From contig MU006096.1 in the NCBI GenBank assembly GCA_010093705.1, positions 235,558 through 299,557 of the forward strand: a stretch of 64,000 nt of DNA, read 5' to 3'. The number at the start of each line of letters is the position of its first letter. Position 1 is the stretch's first letter. The notes beneath the pieces are model-generated. The model worked only from the letters and a program-made list of their open reading frames with translations, was not told where the DNA came from and searched no databases. The position numbers and the translations under genes are program-made. The stretch comes from Patellaria atrata CBS 101060. Taxonomy: Eukaryota. This document shows, piece after piece, positions 25,416 through 38,138 of this stretch.

Positions 25416-26543
25416 ATGACTGTTCAAGCTCCCACCGATGACCTAAGTATCAATCTTTTAGCCATGTCGCTGACGGTGAAGGCTCTCAATGGGGATACCA
25501 CCTTTCTATTAACCTTCACCCCGCCAGTCGCACCTGTCAGCTCGCCTGGCCTCTTTCCTGGCTCTTTTACCATCCTTATAGACCCTTGGTTGATGGGCAA
25601 AGCAAAGATATTCAGCACCAAGTTCTCCGTTTCCGAGCAAAAAATCACACCCAGCGTATCGTCGCTGGCGGATCTACCAGAGCCCGACCTGATTTTGATC
25701 TCCCAGGATAAGCCAGATCACTGTCACGAAGAAACCTTACGCACATTACCTTCCAATGCACGTACTATTATCGTCGCGACATCTGCAGCAGCTAGAAAAA
25801 TCAAGAGTTGGGGGCATTTCAAATCCTCATCCATACAAGTGTTGCAGAAGTACGACGAAAAGAAAGATGAGAGTGTTTTTACACTCATCTTACCCCCTTT
25901 CTCTCCCAGAGGCTCTCCGGGGGAGGTGACAGTGTGCTTATTACCTGCGAAAAGGGACGTTACCGGTCTGCATAATGCCGTTGGGATTACCTACCGTGCT
26001 CCCTGCAGCGTCCTGTCTGCCGCCCCGGGGTCTTATATTGACCTACCACCTACTCCTCCAGCATCTCCTTTGTCTCCGAGAACGATCTCTGCCACCCCTC
26101 GGACCATCGTACCCTCTCCATTCTACAATAGGGAGAAAACGATGTCGGTCATATACTCTCCTCATGGTGTTTCGTACAACATTATCAAGCCATATGCGTC
26201 GTCGTATTTGGTCAATGAATCTGCATTACCCCTTACTGCTCTCATCCATTCCTTCGACCGTGTTGAAAACCCTTGGTACCTAGGCGGTAACGTCGCCGCG
26301 GGCACTCCTGGCGGAATAGAGATCGCTAAAAGTCTACTTGCAAAATCGTGGATAAGTGCACATGACGCAGATAAGGATAATAGAGGGTTGTCGATAAAAA
26401 GGATTAATATCAAGAAGTATAAAGCGGACCATATAAAGGCCATGTTGACTGCGGAAAACGGTCAGTCTGGGTCTAGTGATAGGGGCCCTAAAACGGAAGT
26501 CATTGATTTGGCCGTCGGAGGGGAGTTCAGGATAACTGTTTAA
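25416..26543 (+). CDS. Metallo-beta-lactamase-fold protein (fungal family of unknown function)
   Basis: LNGDTTFLL, ILIDPWL, degenerate ISQDKPDHCH, WISAHD; intronless 375-aa ORF. Confidence 0.78.
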   Translation: MTVQAPTDDLSINLLAMSLTVKALNGDTTFLLTFTPPVAPVSSPGLFPGSFTILIDPWLMGKAKIFSTKFSVSEQKITPSVSSLADLPEPDLILISQDKPDHCHEETLRTLPSNARTIIVATSAAARKIKSWGHFKSSSIQVLQKYDEKKDESVFTLILPPFSPRGSPGEVTVCLLPAKRDVTGLHNAVGITYRAPCSVLSAAPGSYIDLPPTPPASPLSPRTISATPRTIVPSPFYNREKTMSVIYSPHGVSYNIIKPYASSYLVNESALPLTALIHSFDRVENPWYLGGNVAAGTPGGIEIAKSLLAKSWISAHDADKDNRGLSIKRINIKKYKADHIKAMLTAENGQSGSSDRGPKTEVIDLAVGGEFRITV

Positions 26544-27070
26544 TGAATGATATTGTATGGTTTACAGGCTGTCGGCCGCGGAGGATTTAATTTAAAGATA
26601 CCCATAGGGATAAGGGATAAACTGGTCATGGTGTTAGGCTGGGTTATTAGTCTCAAGGGAGGATGAGTTTTCGGTTCACGAAGATATAGTATTATAGCAA
26701 CTTACTTTGTGCCAATATCAACGGAGAGCACTCCCCACTGGCCTAATTGTACGCACAAATTCTATAGTTGCAACTTTTTTAGTATCAAGAAAGGAAATAT
26801 TTTAACGCGAGAGAGGCCGTGCAAGGAATTACCGTGATATCATCTCTACTTAGAACTATGCACAACCAAACTAAAGTTATTCGATTCCCCTTGGTGAGTT
26901 CTCCTACGAGTATTGACGTCTCAGATATTTCGTGGCCGATGTGATGCGAGATTATGTCACCCATCAAGACTTCCCCGTTTCGTCAAGCTCCAAAAAAGCT
27001 TCCCCGCCTGAGCCTCCCTTCAACTGCTCTCGTCCGTACTTTTTAATACAACGTTCACTACCACAACACA

Positions 27071-28091
27071 ATGCCACCTCGACTCTCCCGAACGATATAC
27101 TATCGCACCAGCTTCCACCCAAGGCCAATTGGGTGGTATACCTACTCAACAGCCTCCAGTTCACCCCTCATACGGGTGAAAAGCATCCCGGCGCCCCACT
27201 GCGGCAGCATCAAGATCCTCTCCCTCAACCGTCCCGAAGCCCGGAACGCCATCTCTAGAGCCCTCCTTTCCTCACTACGCCGCGAGATCGACTCCATCCA
27301 CGCCGAGGGTCCCACGGGCTCAACACGCGCCCTCATCCTCGCCTCCTCGATCGACACCAGTTTCTGCGCCGGCGCGGACCTCAAGGAACGCGCGACCTTC
27401 ACGCCGGAGCAGTGAGTCCCCTCCCCCTCCCCCTCCCCTTCCCCTTCCCCAACCACACATCAGCGAGCGTATATACTTACACCCCCATCCAACTCACTAA
27501 CACCATCCCCAAACCACCAGAACCACAACCTTCCTTACCGACCTCCGCGAAACTCTAACCTCCATCTCCACGCTTCCAATCCCGACCCTAACCGCGCTCT
27601 CCTCCCTCGCCTTCGGCGGCGGCCTCGAGCTAGCCCTAACAACGCACCTACGGATCTTCGCCTCCACCGCCGTCGTTGCGCTCCCGGAGACGCGTCTCGG
27701 CATCCTCCCCGGCGCAGGTGGTACCTTCCGACTGCCGGCGCTGATCGGGCTCGCGCGGGCGCGCGACATGATCCTCACGGGCCGCCGGGTCGGCGGACCC
27801 GAGGCGTATTTCCTGGGTCTCTGCGATAGATTGGTGGAGGTCAAGGAGGAGGAGGTCAAGCGGGAGGGGTTGGCGAGGGAGAGGGTGCTAGAGGAGGCGG
27901 TTAGGGTCGCGAGGGAGATTTGCGAGGGTGCGCCTGTGGCCGTTGCGCAGGCTTTGAGGGCTGTGCAGGGGTGTGCGGATTTTGGACGCTCCGAGGCCGC
28001 GGCGTATGAGGTTGTTGTCGGCACGGAGGATAGGGATGAGGCGTTGAGGGCTTTTAGGGAGAAGAGGAAACCGGTGTTTAAGGGGCGGTAG
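27071..28091 (+). CDS. Mitochondrial enoyl-CoA hydratase/isomerase (methylglutaconyl-CoA hydratase-like), 2 exons
   Basis: LNRPEARNAIS, FCAGADLKER, AFGGGLELAL, PETRLGILPGAGGT, AFREKRKPVFKGR*. Confidence 0.9.
27418..27450 (+). repeat. Imperfect CCCCTC/CCCCTT hexamer microsatellite within an intron
   Basis: About 5 tandem units directly after the GTGAGT donor. Confidence 0.85.
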
Positions 28092-28464
28092 GTGTAGGGC
28101 GTGGTGGAGTGTTGATGTACATATAATGGATTTTCGACGGATGGGTAAATCTTGCTGTATCGATGTCTGGAACTATACCATCAGTAGATCTGGCAGGATA
28201 GGGAACTACGATATCGTTTCACATCTATTATGCTTGATTCTACGATTAGAACAGTACCGAGAGTTCACTCCTACGCATTAGATATTTCGATATCTTACAC
28301 TTCACTTTTGCCCGTACATTTCCCATACGTGCTCGAAAGCCGTCCCATGCAGCCATAAAACGCCACGATGCACCCACCGTTGCCCATCCGTAAACAGTGT
28401 CCAAGTAGCAAGACCCGTACATACACAACCCATCGGAGTCGTCTACCTCAGCCATATGACAGGC

Positions 28465-30402
28465 TCAATACGCATTATACAACCCGCCTCCACTCGCCGC
28501 AGAACCACCATACGCACCAGTCCCGCCATCATCATACCGACCATCCGGCATATCATCAAGACTCCTGTACTGCGCATGACCGCCCCTCTGTCTTCCACGG
28601 TTCTCCCTCCCACCTCTAGGCGCAAACCCGCCTCTTTCCCTTCTACCACCGGCGTTCCCTCCCCTTCCCCCTTGATTCCCATGGCGGTCTCTATTATCAT
28701 GGCCGTGATTCGCGGGGCCACCTCTTCCCCTGGGATGGCCGCTGCCACGGTAGCTGTCGTACCCGCGACCCCCCTGTCGGCCATCGTATCTGTCGCCCCT
28801 GTCCGCGCGGCCCGGCTGTCTGGCGTGGCGGCCGCCGTCGGGGTGGTTGTTGGCGTCCTCTTCGCGGGGATGGAGACGTTTAGGGGGGGGCTGTACGAAA
28901 CGGTGGGGGTCATACTCCTCCTCTATGCGCAGTAGCACCTTCTCCCCGACCGTCGTTTCGAACTCGAACGCCTTGTCCGGCGGCACGGGCTGCCAGTTCT
29001 GGATGCGCTGGGCATCCTGGGGTCTAGCGCCGCCGCGAGTGGCGAGGATAACGATCGGCGGTCGGTTGTCGGAGTGGTATTTCGCGGTCGCGGGGACGGG
29101 CTCGACGCGCGCGGCCCAGAGCTTGTTGTCGAGGACGGATGTGCCGGTGATGCGCCAGGTGAGTTTGGCGCCGAGGCCGCCGACTTTGTCGAGGATGCTT
29201 TGCGGACAGGGACGGGGGACGATGAGAATGCTGTTGGCGAGGTGACGGATGTCGTTTTCGGGGATGTTGTTTGGGATGGTGATGAAGGATCTGAGCTGAT
29301 CCGTTGTCGGTGGGGAAATTAGATAGCCGGTGTAGAAGACGGTGCGGCTGATTTGCATGGGTTTTGCGAGTGCGGCGGAGGAGGTGCCGGATTTGACGAG
29401 CGTGTTGTGCGAGTTGATCATGCTTTGAATTTCGGCGATTTCGGTTGTGGGATCGAGAACGGTGGCTCGTTCTGCGACGTGAATTACTTCTGCTTTGATT
29501 GCTTTCCGTGGTATCGGGGGTTCAGGAGACATAAGTGCTAAGTTGAAGTTCTCGAAGAAGCTTCGGAAACCAGTTACGCTATATCATGTCAGGTCGAAGG
29601 TCTCAGTTAAAGATGCGTGAAGCTTACTGCTTGATTCTGTCCTCATAAACTCTTATCTCTTCAGCTTGACTATATGTGTATACGATATCCTTCAGCAGTT
29701 CCTGCTTAAAAGCCATCGTATTTGCGAATGTCTGACTTGCTGGACCTACAGTCGGTTTTAAACAAACCATATCGAACTCCAGCTTTCTACTCCGGACCAT
29801 ACGTTTGATTAACTCGGCAAACTGGGGTTCCGCTCTTCCCGTCAGAAGTACGTTCAGCGCATCCTTTTGTTCCATAGTAAGATTAACGAGGTCGACCTGT
29901 ATTGAGATGTCAGAAAACAGTTCGTCACAACCACGACGTATATTCATACAATCTGCTCATTCCACCAGCCTTCCCACGCTCTTGGCTCCTCCTTTTCCAC
30001 ACCCTCGCCAGTCGCTGCAAGGATGGTAGCATCGTGCCACCAACCTCCATTAAGGAAGATAGAAGGTGATTGGAGCTGTCCAATGGTAGGGCCATGCCAT
30101 AGTTGTCTATTCGGTAGGGGACTTGCAAAGACTGGTCGATATATGAGTACAGGGCTTCAAGAAGAGAAATTTCTAATTGGACGAGAAGAAATACCTACGC
30201 GTGTTGTCAAAGTCGTATACGTGAATCTCCTTCACGTCTTGCACCGCTATGATATGCTTTAGCATCATGCTGATCGGTTTATGTAAGGAATCTTACGGGG
30301 GAGTTCTTTGTCGTCGCAAGACCATCGCCTCAGTGCGGTAATTGTGTGAATTATTGGTTTGATTGAGCCAGTGGTCTGGCCATTAGGTAGAGACGTTAAC
30401 AT
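28465..30402 (-). CDS. Swiss-Army-knife RNA-repair-like HAD domain protein with RGG-rich C-terminus, multi-exon
   Basis: Spliced HAD motif I HVYDFDN/TLF; VLLTGR; IRVYEDR; C-terminal RGG/RG-rich tail. Confidence 0.85.
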
Positions 30403-30774
30403 CCTAAGAGATCTTGAAAAGATCGAAGGGAATTTGGGACGAAAGAACGGCATACAAATGGTACGGCCGGCACAAAGGATTTAAGGTCATCGACGCTCGA
30501 AGACCATTGTCGATATATGCGGTGAGCTGAGCAGCGATGCGGAAGTGTAAATAGGTGAAGCAAGGCGCAAAATAATTCTTGAGAGCTATCAGATGGGGAT
30601 TCACGATTGAGGTCCGTGCTTCAAAACTGCGCGGTCATATCTAAGCCGAGTTCGCCACTTCTGTTCCCACTCACAGTTTCACACCATCCGCCCTCTTCGG
30701 TATCGCCAAAGGATAACAGAAGAGGTGGAAGATCACACAGAACTTCTGTGAGATACTGGCTTAATTTCAGGCGC

Positions 30775-31620
30775 ATGGATCAAGGCAATCGCGAGGAATC
30801 ACAACCAACAACATCCACAACATCAAGACTGCCATCGCTGGTTACGGAGGGGGAATCCGATAAACAGAAACATATCACACCAGATTGCTGTGTCATCTGT
30901 TTAGAAAATATTTCAGAAAGAGCTATCACTGTTCCCTGTAATCATTGCACCTTCGACTTTATCTGCCTCGCCAGTTGGCTTCAAGAGCGTTCATTATGTC
31001 CATTGTGTAAAACCGAAGTCATCGCTGTTCAGTATGACTGGCGTCCTCCCGATGACTACAAGACCTATGTTGTCAAAACACCTCTATCACAGACCTCATC
31101 AACTCCTACGCGCCTTATCCGGAACTTAAATTCCACCTGTGATTCTCGACGCCGTCCACGAGCTCATGGTGGCAGACGCTTCCACCATGAACCAGCTCCA
31201 ACTCCAGATGTAGCTCTCCTACAGCGCCGTCATGTCTATAGCAACCAGCTATTTTCTCTTCATATTGGGAACAACCGGCTGTCGCGGTTCCAGAATGTTA
31301 CTCCATCGATTTTCGTAACGTCCCCAGAACTCCAGTCTCGTGCTCGGTCCTGGATTAGGCGCGAGTTGAGAGTCTTCAACTACCTCGATCGTAGCACTAG
31401 CAATGCCGAGTTTCTACTGGAGTATATAATTGCTATATTAAAGACAGTAGATCTAAAAGGCGGCCAGGCTGAAGAGATGTTAGCAGAATTTTTCGCGAGA
31501 GAGAATGCAAGATTATTTTTACACGAGCTCAGTGCTTGGTTGAGAAGCCCCTACAGACATATACAAGATTGGGATAGAAATGTCCAATACCGAGAAAATC
31601 TGCCCAACTTTTCCAACTAA
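30775..31620 (+). CDS. RING-type E3 ubiquitin ligase (Topors-like)
   Basis: CVIC..PCNH..FDFIC..W..CPLC RING; SWIRREL; ARLFLHELSAWLRSPY; ATG at 30775. Confidence 0.85.
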   Translation: MDQGNREESQPTTSTTSRLPSLVTEGESDKQKHITPDCCVICLENISERAITVPCNHCTFDFICLASWLQERSLCPLCKTEVIAVQYDWRPPDDYKTYVVKTPLSQTSSTPTRLIRNLNSTCDSRRRPRAHGGRRFHHEPAPTPDVALLQRRHVYSNQLFSLHIGNNRLSRFQNVTPSIFVTSPELQSRARSWIRRELRVFNYLDRSTSNAEFLLEYIIAILKTVDLKGGQAEEMLAEFFARENARLFLHELSAWLRSPYRHIQDWDRNVQYRENLPNFSN

Positions 31621-32366
31621 GGGAAAGACTGGATTCTCCCGCTTTCTCCAGAAATCGGTGTGACCTCAATCAGGAGGCACAGCTTTCCAATCCCTTTCAG
31701 GATGATTTGACTGAAAGGCTTACTGGTGCTGTAAGTACTCATATCACACCGCCATGATTACGGCCTTGAACTATCTTCTTTCCATAATCCGCATTCATCA
31801 ATCACTCGGGCCACGTCACGTCTTACCGTCATTCGCTCCGTAAGATGCATCACTAGTCTATATATCCGGATTAGAACTGCTAGGTTATCAGTGTATACTG
31901 GGCCGAAGATGTCTTGACAAGGGGTTGGCCATTGGCTTGATGTAACGGTCTCTCCACAAGATTGATCACTCTAACGATGGAGAACAAGAAAGCATGCAGT
32001 TGCAACTCTCTGCATAACTGTATGGGAAGATTGAGGGACGTGTTGCGACAAGGTCCAAAATGCCAGCACATGATGTCGCATCAAAAACTTGATTTGCCAG
32101 ATAATCTACAAGCGATTGAGTCGGTGAAGATCTTTGACAAAGGAGGCCGTGGACATTGGCCAACGTGTCATAAAGTATAGGCCAACGTATCTGGACAACT
32201 CTACCCCGTACCCTCTGGTAGATATTTCTATAAAAGGGCGAAGGAACACAGGGGAAACTATTTCTCAGTGAACAAGTCATGAAACGTTTATATTTACAGT
32301 TTCCTACCACCGAGAGTTCGACGTTCATAAACAACGACTTACGGCTAGAAACACGATATCTCTACA

Positions 32367-32564
32367 ATGTGCACTCAGCTCTTTGAGCACTACAAGTGCG
32401 GTAATACGTCCAAGCCTCCCCTTAAACGAAACTATTGGTGTCAACTCGCGCGCCTTCTACGAGTTCCATGTCTAGACAAGGAAGTGAAGGGAGAGAAAAA
32501 GATTATGGACAGGGAGTGTGGTCAATGTCCAGTCTGCCTGGAATGGGTCTACAGAGACAGATAG
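32367..32564 (+). CDS. Small Cys-rich protein (MC-x7-Y-x-CG type)
   Basis: ACAATG start context; upstream TATAAAAG at 32229; 7 Cys including CGQCPVC; no signal peptide. Confidence 0.5.
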   Translation: MCTQLFEHYKCGNTSKPPLKRNYWCQLARLLRVPCLDKEVKGEKKIMDRECGQCPVCLEWVYRDR

Positions 32565-35500
32565 GTTCATCAAGAGTTGAAAATAACCATGAGTTGGTGT
32601 GAGAATGTTTACGAGAACAGGTCTCTTGGTTAGTTGTGATCCATGATCCCGTGAATCGCTATCAACTTGGGTATTTAACCTGTCAATCAATCAATTTATC
32701 ATTCGACAACTCTCCCTCCACTCAACATTACCTGGTTTTATTAGTGGTCTCTTCAGCCCTACCGCCTTCTCTATTACTATCCTAGTGTTACCGTTGAACA
32801 TCTTACCTTCTACTTCATAGCGGTGTGTAACATACTTCTCTGTACGATTTTGTACATATGGTTGTAGTTCCGCCCCTCTGAAGACTGTATCAATGATGAC
32901 TAGTGAAACTTCGTCTGCTGCGATTAGTTGTTTTCGGTTTTCTGTACAGGCGTCTCGGCTCCTTTTAATGGGCATAACCTCATTTTGGTAAATAGTATGC
33001 TAGAATACCTTTTGCGATTCTAAATTGTGACTAACTGTATTGGTACAGGACTTGTTTCGCCGTGTGAGTATATCCCATACGTTTAAATGGCTTTTTCTTC
33101 ATCTCATTCCGCTGTATAATCTAATTTGTATAAAGGTGTGGTCGCTTTTGCCCTACGTTGTTCTCTGCTATCTCACTCCGTTCTAACATCAGCCTGGCCC
33201 CTGACCCCTAAAGCCTCCGTACAGTACCCACCAACTCTAGTGTCTAACCTAAAGCATGTGCAAAGGGAATTACTTTTTAACTTCTACAAGCGTTTTGTAT
33301 CCGCTGATATCATTTTTGTGGCAAATCAGAGCCCAGATGCGGGAGTTCCTAAAGGGTAAGCCGTTAAGGCCACCATTCAGCCCACCACAATGGCCTTACG
33401 CACTGCCAGTGAGCCCCGAGCATGCATTTCGAACGCAAATAAAATTCCATCGATCACTTCAGCTTCCCGAGAACTCTGAAAAGCACTCGTTCTCATGCAT
33501 AAGGATTTGTGGATCTGGAGACCCCAAACCCCGACCATTAAGCTCCTTGTCAAATAATGGCACAACAAGGATAGAAAGGTCCCCTTTTTGAAACTATTTC
33601 TTTCACCAACATCAACTGCTCTCGACACGCAATTACCGCAGAGGTCATCCTTGAACTTGCTCAACTATTGGACCTTGAACGTCGTTGCTCACACTTACCT
33701 AGGGGTACGAGGCATGAACCACTTCACCATCCCAGCGGGTGAACCACCTAGGTGGTTTAAAAGGTTTCGTCCTATCAACCGTTTGTCCGATTCTATTGGT
33801 TGTATGGATCGTTACTGGATCAGTTTGGTGGCGATACTCTCCCCCTTAACACCCTCTCCCCAGCTCTCTATCTGTGCTTAAGTCTCAGTCGTTATATCGG
33901 ACCGATTTTCTTGTCACATCGATAGTTCATGTCTAAGTCTCAGCCAAACCCTCGTCTCCTACTAGCTTAGGAAGACCGATGCTTCTGTTCGCTAGATTGG
34001 TGGTGGAACTTTCAAGATGCCGACCATGTGACGCACTGTGAACAAGCATAAATCCGTTGATGGGATGGGACGGTATCCAGGTAACATTCCCCGGGTGGAT
34101 TTGGATGACCCGTCTCTCTGGGGCGCGGAATGACTGCCACGGTCCGCTCATGACGAAATTCCCAACCAGCACCGTGTCGTTCTAGCACACTGGGTTTTCA
34201 TCGTAAGCATAGAGACGCTCATGTAACGCTTCCAGAGATTCACCTCCGCTCGCCACGACATGCTAGCATAAATACCTGGAAGGCACTGTAGCGAGTCCTG
34301 GATATTCCCTGTATGGAGTGAGAAGGTAACTCCTTCCGTTCACCGTTCTTCACGCTCCAGCGCTTCGTCCCACTTATAGCATGCATCTTTTGAATCTCCA
34401 TTGCAATAATAATGAGGTCAATTCAATAAAGGCCTTAATAACACTGGCTGTCTATGAGAAATAAAGGCTTTAATTCTATCTTTTAAGCCTAATACTCTTT
34501 ATATTCGTTCTATGTGTATAAATATGTTACGAGTCACAATACGCGCATGTCTTTTCTATTATATTAGACACAAGGATACTCGCACTTTTTTCCCGAAGTA
34601 ATAGTAGTTCTTAACCGCCCTTTTCTTGGGAGAGACGTATACCCATCTATCATAAGGTTTATCGTATTCTATTGTCGGCCTGAATAATTGACCGGTTTTC
34701 CCTCGATGAAGAAAACCATGGGTTGACCCTAGGGAGTATGGTCCACATCCCAAATGAGAGAATAGCGAGCGTTGACACCTCATATCGGAAGACAATTGTC
34801 TTGCGGTGTGGAAGGACTGTTATTGTCTACCTGCGTTTTGGTAAAGAGACCATCCATACTTCAGATGACCAACTTTCAAAATTTCAATTATATTGAAAGT
34901 AAATTGTGGGGTTAATGGAAGAATCCTAAGTTAGCATTCGACACCAAGTCCGCATCCTACTCTAACCCAACCTCCACCATTAAGGGAGTTGATACCAGCG
35001 GAACAGCTCCCTTAGTTGGAACTTGTACTTTTACAGCTATAAGTCGATATTAGAATTAGTAAATGTACATCTAATAGCTATCGACTCTGATCTCTGTAGC
35101 GTCCCAGAAGAGCAATACTCCTGAATAGTTATAAACAGTTCGTATCAGAAGCACCATCGAGCGAGCGTCTTCTATGTGCTTAATTTCACTGCGCTGTATC
35201 GCTATAAATACTTCAGTTCTATTTTCATAAACCTTATTTTTATTTGTGATCGTATTAAAACATCAGTAGAGGCTTCTACTTTCTACAGTGTCATCGAATT
35301 ATACGTCTTATATGTGGTATATATTCTACTTTTAGATTCCATAGCATATATCTCAGAACGAAGGATTTGGCACGGGGGCGCAGGAAACTCACCAGCCACT
35401 TACGACAACGAACGGGCCAAACAATGGTTCGAAACTTTTCTGGTTACACAGATCTGATTCCAATGAATTGGAGACACACTATACTTATCATGTTACTGTT

Positions 35501-38138
35501 GTAGTTGTTGCTCCTGAAGGCACAGGTGATTGAGGACTGCACAGCGCATAAGACGTACTATACGGAGTACACATCTGCAGTAGGAAGTATCCTCTCAAAC
35601 TGGCGTTAAAGCATTGGAGCAATCACCCAAATTTAGCCCTATCCCAGAACCACCAAATAACATATCCAGAGATAAAGCTCGTATTGGAAATTTGCCGGTT
35701 ATGGGTAGAAATGCAATCGGCTCTCTTTTAATTAGAAGTTTGTGGTCGGACAGCACCGATCCCATGTCGAAATTAGAAGTCCACATCAATACATTATCAC
35801 TTGAGTTCGTGACCGCTAATCGCGGTCTACTGGGTTTCATGACTCGGCTCGTAAAGGGCTCAGATTCAGGAATGTGGGGTGATAGCGTGGAGTCTGCGTG
35901 GGCTGTTGGGTTCCAGTATCTTGCTTGTACGACAATTAACCTTTCCTACGGTGTGTTTCTGTATTCTTGGGTCGGAGAGGGCACGATCTTGGTGACAGGG
36001 CTGTCGCGGGTCCTTCGTGGCGAAGGGCTGCTAAAGTGGCGACACCAGAAATTTCCGAAAGGGGAAAAAGCTTTGGAGGATCGAAGGATTCTCGCGAATA
36101 ACGGCTTCACAGTTGAGAATTAGAAACGAAAGGGCTGCAGTAGTTGCGACTTAGCTCTGCAGTCGTCCACGTACCCCTTAGCATCACGTTACCACTTCGG
36201 GAGTGTGCAAAGTAGATCGCGGATCAAGGCGATGAAAGATAGCAAGGGGAACGACGTAACCTCGAGAAATCGCGGTGTAGAATCGACTTGGTCCAGCATT
36301 TCACTGCCATCAACAATTTAGCAACTCTGCAACTTTAGAGGTTAGCATGATGGCGTTGCAGTTTTGCAAGGGCTTAAGGAGTACGTTGAAGCTTCCATTG
36401 TCGCTTGGTTGCCCTGAATTTGATGCTCACGTCAGCATCAAACCGAGCTTCCGGCCGATGATTTTTCCCTATCGAGACTCCCTTCAGCCTCGACATCCAT
36501 CCGGCACTATCAAAGCCTCTAGAGCTTCATAACAACCCCACATCTAGAATTACTATGTACTAAGCAGATTTCAAAGCAAAACTTAGCTTCACAACCGTGA
36601 CATACACGCCGTCAATCTCATTCTTGACCGTTCTTCCACTAAGACTGTACTAGATTAGCGATTGACGATCCCTCCTAGAGACCTCCGCCCGCTTCTTCTG
36701 AACAGACGATGGTAATACTATCAACACTCAAGAAGACGGTGACATATCAGGGTAGATCCTGTACAGCAAGTAGCACTAATCACGTATCTAGTATAGCAGA
36801 TATGTACCTGTTCTCCTGTACCTACGATGCACCTCAGCTTCTCAAACATTTCCCCGTTATTCAGGGTACCATTCGCTGGCGGTCACGCCGGTTAGGACTA
36901 AATGCTTCGTGAAGACGGTTTGCAGCCTTTTCCAGCTCGGAACCGCTTTGGATTGGACGAGAGCGGGAAAATAGCCTCACATTTTAGTATCATCCGATAA
37001 CCGTTTTCTTGTTCCAACCTCAAGTTTTGCCCCCAGATGCAACTGTTGGTCGATATAAGTTGCTGGTTATTCTGAGCCGCACAGCCTTGCGAATCCAGCA
37101 TACGCCCTGATTTCTAGTTGGTGTACTGTACCAAAAAGGGACACGGACTGTTGACACTAGAACTTTTCATACTCTCGCAATTGGCGACAAGTCCATCTAT
37201 GCGTTTCATAATTACTCCTGTGTACCAATCAGACGGGTAAACTTCATGGTATCGAATAATGGGTTCGGTAAGCAACACCTTTTGCTAGCCATGGCGGGGG
37301 AAAGCGGCATGGGTTTTCTCATTATTATCCATCACATTCATACCATAGCCTTACCGATTTTGGATAGCACTAAGTCCTCCCCATCGACCTGTAGGGCTCG
37401 AAGATCAACGGCCGGAGTAGTGCATTGACACCCGGCATGAGACTACGAGTGTTGGTTGACTTGGTTCTGCATACCGCGTCGTGCGCATACCGCATGTCAC
37501 TGGTCTAAGCTTCACCTCTAGTCTCAAATGTATTCATCCCGAATAGAGAAGGATTGACACCAGGGCAATGCCCATACCCTTGCTATCACTTCTTCATGGC
37601 CATAGTTCTAAACCCCAGTTATTATAGTTGAACACAGAGGTGAATACCCTACCCTGTTCCGTACCTTGAGCATTTGTTTCAGCTTCTATATTCGTAATTT
37701 CAACAATCAGCTCTCAACCAATCCCATTGAAGATCCTTCTGCCTACAACTATCTAACCGTTCGTTAACTCCGCTCACGTTGGGAGTTGCGTAGGAATTTC
37801 AGCCTTATATATCTGTAAGGTCCACAAAGTCCGTCCCAGGAATATACTTAGCGAATGTCCCCATGAAACAACCTCCTTAGTCATCTCAGATTGTACTGTC
37901 CCTTATAGAAACCTTTCTTACTACATATACACATCCATAATCCTCTGTAACACAAAACCAACATACTTCTGAACCCTCTGCCGTTTACAGTCACCGTATT
38001 TTGACCTTCTGCCATCTCATTGGAGCACTATCGCCTACCTGTCATTTCTTACTCAGAATACCTAAGAGATATAAAGGTAGCCACCCAGCACCTCACTTCT
38101 CAACCGTCCATATGCTTTGCTCAAGCCCATCTTTAATC

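Noticed and set aside
35614..36123. 169-aa plus-strand ORF
   Set aside because: TTG start and no recognisable motif; may be an antisense shadow of decayed sequence.
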